Assembly (NCBI GenBank): GCA_010909165.1
Contig: VJWM01000313.1
Coordinates: forward strand, 19,343-83,342
Source of the DNA: Anthoceros angustus
Lineage: Eukaryota; Plantae; Anthocerotophyta
Reading direction: 5' to 3'
Length of the DNA: 64,000 nt
A program made the translations under genes and the position numbers. The notes under the pieces are model-generated. The model saw nothing but the letters and a program-made list of their open reading frames with translations, was not told the origin of the DNA and ran no database searches. This document shows positions 56,780 to 64,000 of this stretch, piece by piece. Positions within the stretch are counted from its first letter, which is position 1. The number at the start of each line of letters is the position of its first letter.

Positions 56780-59700
56780 CATACCCACCCTCTGGACACT
56801 TAAAGGGAGGGATTTTATACAAACATATAAAATCTCGAGGCGATATTATTGATTTACTTAATAAAAATAAGGTATCTCTTTTATGTATCACCAATAAAAT
56901 AGCACCAGCGAAGTTAGGGTCTCGTCAGCGGGATGAAGTGCTTGGCTTTGGATGAGCCGATGGCGCTTGGATGGGAGAGAGCTAGCAACGGTTTTGTGTG
57001 GAGTCTTGATGTCGTAGCGGAGGGCATGATGGCTAAGATTCCAGCTTGTACTCTTGTAAATAACGAGATATGGTGTGAGGTGGCTGTAAGTCAAGGACGG
57101 TGGGCTGCTTGGAGTTTGGAGCCTAGTATGTATTGAGAGGAAGATACCATTGTGAGGTTCCACTTCCCTTGCGCTTAGGAGTGAGTCGGCAGAGCCAAGG
57201 CCACGTCTTCCACTGTTGCCTTGATCATGCTATTGTCTCGAGCAAGTGCCTCTCGAAGGAGCATCGGTGTCAAATTGCAAGAAGGGTCCATGAGAGGTGG
57301 GACGTCCTTTAGCTCGGGCCTTCCTCATGTAGGCGCTCCCTCCCTCTCACCAAAGAATCCTCTCCCGAATTTAGACTATCTCCAAGCAAGTGCCGCTCAT
57401 CGCCATGTCGGCACATTGGCTCCTCACCAATATGCATGTAGTTAGGCCTACCACATCCGGGCATGGTACTTTGAGTCCTTAGGAAAAGTTTTGTAGGAGA
57501 AGAAAGGGCAACATGTAACAAGAACAACTCTACCACGCGATGCTTGACGTGGAGGAGTTTGTGACAAAGTGACAAGTACATTTTGTTGTGTGCAAGCTGC
57601 AGTAGCATGAGCATGGATTTTGTGCGTTTTAGAGCGAGAGGCAGTCCACACCCACCCTCTGACGGCAAGGAGGGATTTTATAGAAATATATAAAATCTGA
57701 TTCGATGTTATTGATTTATTAAATAAAATAATAAGGTATATCTATTGTGTACTACCAAAGTGACGAGCACCGCATAGGGTTTCGTCTGTGGGATGAAGCG
57801 CTTCGCTTTGGAGCTTGGGGTGGAAGTTTGACAAGCAGGGCTTGGCGCTTGGATGGGAGAGCTAGAAATGGTTTTGTGTGGAGTCTTGTTGCCATAGCCA
57901 ACGGCATGGATGGCTAGCATTCCGGCTTCTACTCCGTTGTAAATAAAGAGTAGCATCTCATCCGAGGTGGCTGCGAGTTGTCAAGGACGGCTGCTTGGAG
58001 CCTAGCAGTGTTGAGAGGAAGAGATCGTGCTCGGGCTCTGAGTGGATTGACAAGACCAAAGGGCATGTTGAGAAAAATAAAGCATTGTGAGGTTCCACTT
58101 CCCTTGAGCTCGGGAGTGAAATGGCAAGACCCAAGGCGATGTCTTGAGCACATAGTTAGCTAGGCCTACCATAGCCGGGCTTGTTGCAAGCCTGCTTTAA
58201 GTCTTAAGTGTTAGAATATCAAGATATACCTAGAATTAGGGTATTCTTATATTCTACTATAAAGAGATTATACATGACACCCTGGACACTAGCAAAGCTA
58301 CCTATAAGCTATCTAGCTGCGTATGTCATAAGCACAATAGAGTCTATCTTGTATAGTCCGGTGGTGAGACTATTCATCTAATCTAGGAGGCCATTGGCCT
58401 TACGCCGAGAGCCTTCTATCCACTAGAGTAGCAAATGCTTGAATCTCTTACATTGAGGAAGAGTTCTATAGGAGAAGAATGGGCATACAACAAGTAAGTA
58501 ACAAGAAGTTTTTACACTCGTATCATATCGGAAAAATCAAATGTCAATATAATACGACTAACGTCTTCTTCATATAATTTTTCACATAATATCGAGATAA
58601 ATACAAAATAAGAGGGTAGATATCGATAAAAGAGTCACTTTGGATCTATATATGTATGCATTGCTGGGCAGCAAATATATTTGGGAATCATTACTTCACA
58701 CCAAGAGTGAGTACTTCCATATATGATTTATTTAGATTAGATTTTGTGTATTTTTTCAATTTTTTCTTTTTTGTTTCATGTATACTGTACAGTTTGGGTA
58801 CATGTGAGTACTTCCATATGTATTTGAATTCATTCATATTAGTTTTTCTATGATATTCTTCTTTTCTTTCTTCTTTATGGAATCGAGTACTTACAAATAA
58901 AATCTTTTGAATAGACTTGCAAGCATGAGAGCTACCAAGAGAAGAGTGACATTGCAAATGCAACAAAAAAAAGACATTTTAGCCACGGAGAGGCTAACAA
59001 GCTAATCACTCACAAGGCGCTAAGTGAATGGGCCACTAGCCATTTTCGAGTGAAGGTCTCGGTGGCAACCATCAAGCGAGTCATCAAGAAAGAGCGTATT
59101 ATCCAGTGTCAAACAACACGACTTAGAACGACGCTTGCGACCTTGCGCATCTCCACGTTGAAACAGTTGTATGATTGGTTTGTGGCGGAGAAGGGAGGAG
59201 CGCAAAGATGCTGAAATATGTAAAGCAGAAAATTTTCTATGAGCAATTACAGAAGTGCGGAACGACGGGCTCTCATATTTTCAAATGGGTGGGCCTTAGG
59301 ATTCAAGCGTAGACATGGTATAGCATGACATGTAAAGCGAAAACCTCGGGCTTAACCATGATTAAGTTCAAAGAGCTCAAATTGAGACTTCTTAGATACG
59401 TATAGAAGACTATCTCTTTTTGTTCTCATGAGATTCTTTAAGACTATTTTGGGCAGTTTTGTTCCCATCATAATTTTGCATATGGTATAATTTTTTTATT
59501 TAAAATTGGAAAAAAACAAAGCAACCCTACTATCTTTGTACCTATTTCGATGCCGACTCTAGACAATTCAAATGATCCTTTGTCTTCTTTTTTGGGCGAG
59601 CTCCGATTAGCATGCACCAAGCTAAGGCTGCCGATCAAAAACTACCTCCGTCGGTGCTACATGAGGAAGGCCACAGGCTAAGGATGTCCCACCTCTCATG

Positions 59701-60200
59701 GACCCTTCTTGCAATTTGACAACGATGCTCCTTCTTTGAGAGGCACTTGCGAGACAATAGCATGATCAAGGCAACATGTGGGCGGCCGTGGCCTTGGCTC
59801 TTGCCGACTCACTCCTAAGCGCAAGGAAGTGGAACCTCACAATGGTATCTTCCTCTCAATACATACTAGGCTCCAAACTCCAAGCACTTTGTCTTGGACG
59901 ACTTAGCCACCTCACACCGAGATCTGCTCGTTACTTACAGAAGTACAATGGAATCTTAGCCATCATGCCCTCCGGCTCACGACATCAAGACTCCACACAA
60001 AACCGTTGCTAGCTCTCTCCCATCCAAGCCTCTTATCATCAAAGCCAAGCACTTCATCCATGGACGAGACCCTAACCCAGTTTTTGGGCGGTGCTTGTTA
60101 CTTATTGGTGATACATAAAAGAGATACCTTATTTTTTATTAAGTAAATCAATAATATCGTCTGAGATTTTATATGTTTGTATAAAATCCCCTCCCTTTAA
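56780..60200. repeat. Three copies of an unclassified repeat of about 0.5 kb: 56780-57335 (+), 57650-58140 (+) and 59655-60200 (inverted)
   Basis: Shared blocks AAGGGAGGGATTTTATA, GGATGGGAGAG..CTAG..A.GGTTTTGTGTGGAGTCTTG and TTGTGAGGTTCCACTTCC. No recognised protein motif. Confidence 0.8.
58925..59345 (+). pseudogene. pogo/Tigger-like (CENP-B-type HTH) transposase N-terminal remnant
   Basis: MRATKRRVTLQMQQKKDIL...ITHKALSEWATSHFRVKVSVATIKRVIKK, then QLYDWFV, then FSNGWALGFKRRHGI (59279-59322), the hallmark end of the CENP-B/Tc5 HTH. No DDE domain or TIRs found. Confidence 0.7.
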
Positions 60201-63150
60201 TATGGAAAACCTGGTTAGTACCTTAAGTATCCTAGCCTAGGTTAAGAAGTTAGTTCTACATTTTAGTTATGACGGTTTCAATAACCGCTTTACTTGATGT
60301 ATATAGCCTTGTGCTATTTCCTCTTCAATTTACTCTCTTTCGTGATTCCTTGCTTGTGCGTCTACTTCTTCCACATGCTCTATTCTCACACCCGCGTTGC
60401 ATGATCCCGTGGCAGCATATCTTCATGCATATCTTTATGGTATCAGAGCCGTCTTCAGCGAGTGTGAGGAGAGCGGATCAACCTGGCGCCTGACCTTCAA
60501 GATGCCTGGCGCAGTGATTGGCACGGCATTGGACCAACCAGCAGACGGAGGACTCATCTCCCTTGCTGCATCACGATTGCAGGTCACGAAGCGCTCCACA
60601 ACCGGCCAGGCAAATTCCAGCCCTGGTACATAGGGATGCAAACCCCGTCAGGAGGAATCGTTTTCGTTCAACCACTCCCCCTGCACCACGCTGCCGCGAT
60701 CTGTATCCGCACGAGATCAACACTGCCCTGCAGTCAGTGACCAAGGACGTCTTCAACCTGCGCAAGGAGTCGCCCATCCGTCGCAAGGGAGCCACTGAGC
60801 TCGTCATCTTTCGGCAACTCAGCAATCTCAGGAGGCGTGTGAAATCGAGAGACCTCCTTATTCAGAGACTTTGCGAGGGCATCCGATCCCTCTACTCATT
60901 ATGTGAGAATTACCTTAACTCTGAGCTTCCCTCTTCTAGCACCTCTGATGATCGGATGCCCTGTGCTATGCTGTAGCCAGTTCACCTCCTTATGCAAGCT
61001 CAAAACCAGGGAGTAGATGACGAGTCCCTTGACATTTCTTTCCTGTTCGCTGATGCTTTTACATATCCTGCTTGGGATTTTTCTCCCTTCAACCTTCTAG
61101 AGAGAGCTAGGCAGTTAAATTTCCAAACCGCCTTTCAGTCCATCCTCAATCCACCCGCAGTGCCCAACAACTGCGTGCAACTCTAGTGCCTTTGAAGATA
61201 GAGTTTCAGACAAAGATAGATTTAATGGCACAGACTATCAGATCTGGGCCATGAGGCTTACTCAGATATTTGAGGAGAATGAGCTGTTCAACATCGTTGA
61301 TGGAGCGAAGCCAAGATGTGATGCACCACGAGCGGCCGACGAGATCCTAGCCTGGGAGCGAAAGGATAGACGTGCCCGTTCAATACTCATTGCTGCCTTA
61401 GACAGAACCATGATGCCCCACACCATTGGAGCCAAGTCTGCTAATGACGTGTGGAAAGTTTTTGAGTCAATCTATCATTAAAATTTATCCCTTGTTCCAT
61501 GTCTAACGACTTCTTCAATTTGAGGATGAAGGAGAGCAGGCTGAGGCTTACATCAATGCGGGACTCAAAGCGCTTGTTGTGGCGCAGTACTCACGGATCT
61601 TAGCGGCCTCCTTCTGCCTCTTGATACTGGTGGTTCTCACGGACGAGAATGTGACCATTGCGCTCAAGGCAAGCTGTGACACTCAATTCACTCTTGAGGA
61701 AGTTGGAGCACTTCTTTGAAAACGTGGCATTTCACAAACCAGGCTTCAAGTTCATCACAGTGGAGCAAGGTCTATTCAAGATTTTTCCTCGGAGAGTGGC
61801 GGCACGAGGTAGGGGACGTGGCTTCCACTCAATCACGCGTCCTAATAACAACAACGTGAAGAAGACCTTTGTTTGCAATTTGTAATTCGCCATTATACGA
61901 ACAAGAAGAAACAAGAAAAAAATCAAGGCACCTCAAGCAACCTCACTATGAGCAAGTAAATACCATCCTAGCGATGCCACCACTATCAGACCAGTCTACC
62001 TCCACAGTTCTTAGATTACATGCTACGGTCACATTTGTTTCAACAAGTATTTTCCATTTCATTCCATGATGATGCTAGCGGTTTGTTCTTATGATGATAG
62101 TGGCTCTCATCAAGGATGAATAGTGCTAAAACTTCTCATCTCATTTTGGTGATGCTTATGTACCTTCAATGAAATCTCATGTCCGTATAAATGGCGACCT
62201 GATCTGTTTTGACGAGAAGGGTGTACCATCACCAAGTGGTAATCTCTAGCGGAAATTTCCATGACCTCTACTTGCTTGATGTCTCCACATGCAACCTTGG
62301 CCCTTATGTCCACATTGCAGAACACCATACTCTTTTGGCATTGTCGTTTAGGTCATGTCAATTTGGTCTTGGAATATAAATACCTCTGGAGAGCCTCTTG
62401 ATTTTTCCTTTGATTCGATGCTTCATGAAGCATGCCAACTTAGCAAAGCCCATAGTGCCATACAAGGATGAGAACCTTAGCGGTACGGCTGCTCACACCA
62501 TAGTGACATTTGTGGTCCCATGTCCACTAGCTCTTTTGGTGGAGGCAACTACTTCATCACCTTCATCGATGAGTGGAGGTCTTGCATGACATACATCCTT
62601 CGTCAAGAGTGAGGCTTTGTTCAAATCATATGTCAAATTTGCTCGTGAGGACTTCTTGCAAGGTACTGGTTGCGAACCGACAATGGGGGTGAGTACACAA
62701 GCAATGCATTCAACTCCTTTTGAACAAGAAGGGATTACGCATCAACTCACTCCCTACACACCTCGTGAGAATGCTTTCTCACGAGAGGAAAAAACCTTGC
62801 AAGAGGCTACTTTGGCATCCCTTACCTTTCTGGGTGACCCGTGGTTATTGGGCGCTTTGATGGCAATAACTATGTCCAGAACTGCCTTCCCACCAAGGAG
62901 CTTGGGAAGATCACTCCTTTTGAGCGTTGAATTTGGTAAGAAACCAAGGGTTCAACACCTCCAATTTTTGGTTCCCCATTATGCCTTGGTGCCTCCTTCT
63001 CAACGCTCAAAGTTGGATCCGAGCCTCACGACATGTCTTTGTTGGATATTCGATGAGGTGAAGGGATATAAGCTTGCACATACATGTGCGTGCGTCTGCA
63101 TAACTTTCCTATCTATGGCTTTGCCAAAGTGCGCCTGCGGTCACCAAATT
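60201..63150 (+). mobile_element. Ty1/Copia element (family 5): LTR, PBS, extra upstream ORF, degraded gag-PR-IN
   Basis: Perfect PBS TGGTATCAGAGCC at 60438-60450 after an LTR-like segment of about 237 bp with TA...TA ends. Gag KDRFNGTDYQIWAMRLTQIFEENEL...WERKDRRARSILI (61210-61480); LWHCRLGHVN (about 62335); GGNYFITFIDE (about 62543). Confidence 0.82.
60518..60976 (+). CDS. Unknown helical protein upstream of gag in Copia family 5
   Basis: 152-aa open frame. The segment RRRVKSRDLLIQRLCEGIRSL aligns 8/21 identical with LRAVHYRDVVIQAHLRDITDL in the family-4 upstream ORF. Confidence 0.5.
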   Translation: MARHWTNQQTEDSSPLLHHDCRSRSAPQPARQIPALVHRDANPVRRNRFRSTTPPAPRCRDLYPHEINTALQSVTKDVFNLRKESPIRRKGATELVIFRQLSNLRRRVKSRDLLIQRLCEGIRSLYSLCENYLNSELPSSSTSDDRMPCAML

Positions 63151-63169
63151 TGAACACCATTTGATTGTC

Positions 63170-63850
63170 TATTTAGCTATGTCCACACGGTGTAGTATTC
63201 AAAAGACCCAATGGGATGGGAACTTCACACCAATCTATGGACCAATCATGGATCGATGTGACCTTGTTGTCATTATGCTCACCCCCATTTGCTCCAAATT
63301 ATCACGGTGAATGGAGGGCTGATTCGTGCTTGCTTCATGGGCCCCGCCAAGAGGCTACTGAGTCCCCATATGTGGGCATTAATTACTTTGTCCCGCTTCA
63401 GATCTACCATTTGAATCCATTTCGGCACGCGCCTTCTTCCTCCGGAAATCTTACCAAGTCCTCCACCGCTGTTGATATTGCAAGCCCTCGTTTTCTTCAC
63501 ATTGCAGCGCATCGCACATCCTCCATATCCATGGCATGTGTTAAGCGCCGCTTGGTCGCGAACCTAGCAATCGGAGGGAGGTGGAATTGTTAGCCCCGAG
63601 CTTGGTACCTCTTGGCTATAATTGTACAATCGGAGGTGGGCCGCCAAATACTTGCATCGTATGGAAAGGGCACAGCTAAAGCGGTATTGGTTGAAGATGC
63701 GATCCGTGGATGGCCGACGAAGGCAACGCCACCGCTGGAGTCGGAATGGTACCGCTTACTTGGCCGCAAGCAACCCAATTTGCAATCGATGCGTGAGGAC
63801 AAAGGCGGCGACGGGCGGCCGGGCTGCCCGAGTCCGGCCGATGCGGACGC
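63170..63850 (+). pseudogene. Possible highly degraded Gypsy-type integrase core
   Basis: Scattered frameshifted fragments in plausible order: SYVHT(C)..QK, TAVDIA..F..I...H and QSEVGRQIL..Y. Weak. Confidence 0.35.
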
Positions 63851-64000
63851 GGTGATTCCTGTGGTGGATTGAGAAGATGAAGGAAGACTTGGCTTATCAA
63901 GGAAGACTAAGAGCGCACTGGTAGGAAGGCTAGAGGCCTGGAGGTTGTGCATGGGATTGGTGGCATACCCTTTTCTATCGCATTGAAAGTACATTCTCAT

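Noticed and set aside
56798-60200. Inverted pair as the long TIRs of a Mutator/foldback element
   Set aside because: No TSD. A third direct copy exists and the family extends beyond the matching end; the right copy is simply cut by the Copia LTR at 60201.
1-64000. rRNA, tRNA or intact host protein-coding genes
   Set aside because: None recognised. The tRNA-complementary stretches are retroelement primer-binding sites only.

Overview
Gene-poor, repeat-saturated eukaryotic DNA. The retroelement families and a PLS-type PPR remnant suggest a land plant, probably a fern- or lycophyte-like genome (inference). Almost all 64 kb is nested or truncated transposable elements: three copies of one Athila-like Ty3/Gypsy family, at least five Ty1/Copia pieces (one full-length with both LTRs), a 3.6-kb solo LTR, a MITE-like insertion and a pogo/CENP-B-type remnant. 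No intact host gene, rRNA, tRNA or CRISPR array was seen. The standout is an 8.9-kb terminal-inverted-repeat DNA transposon at 1815-10745, inserted into a Gypsy RT. It carries a Sola-like (DUF7869-type) transposase on the + strand. Divergently on the - strand it carries a gene with a ParB/Srx-like domain followed by a prokaryote-type beta-class amino (N4-C/N6-A) DNA methyltransferase domain. Two other architectures are unusual: Gypsy LTRs of about 3.6-4.7 kb that appear to contain a protein-coding ORF, and two Copia families with a related extra ORF between the PBS and gag. Differences between repeat copies cluster at CAG/CTG (to CGG/CCG, or deleted). This looks like nanopore miscalling at methylated CHG sites, so many apparent frameshifts, including those in the methyltransferase and transposase, may be artefacts. 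All protein assignments are by-eye motif recognition across frameshifts; no database searches were run.
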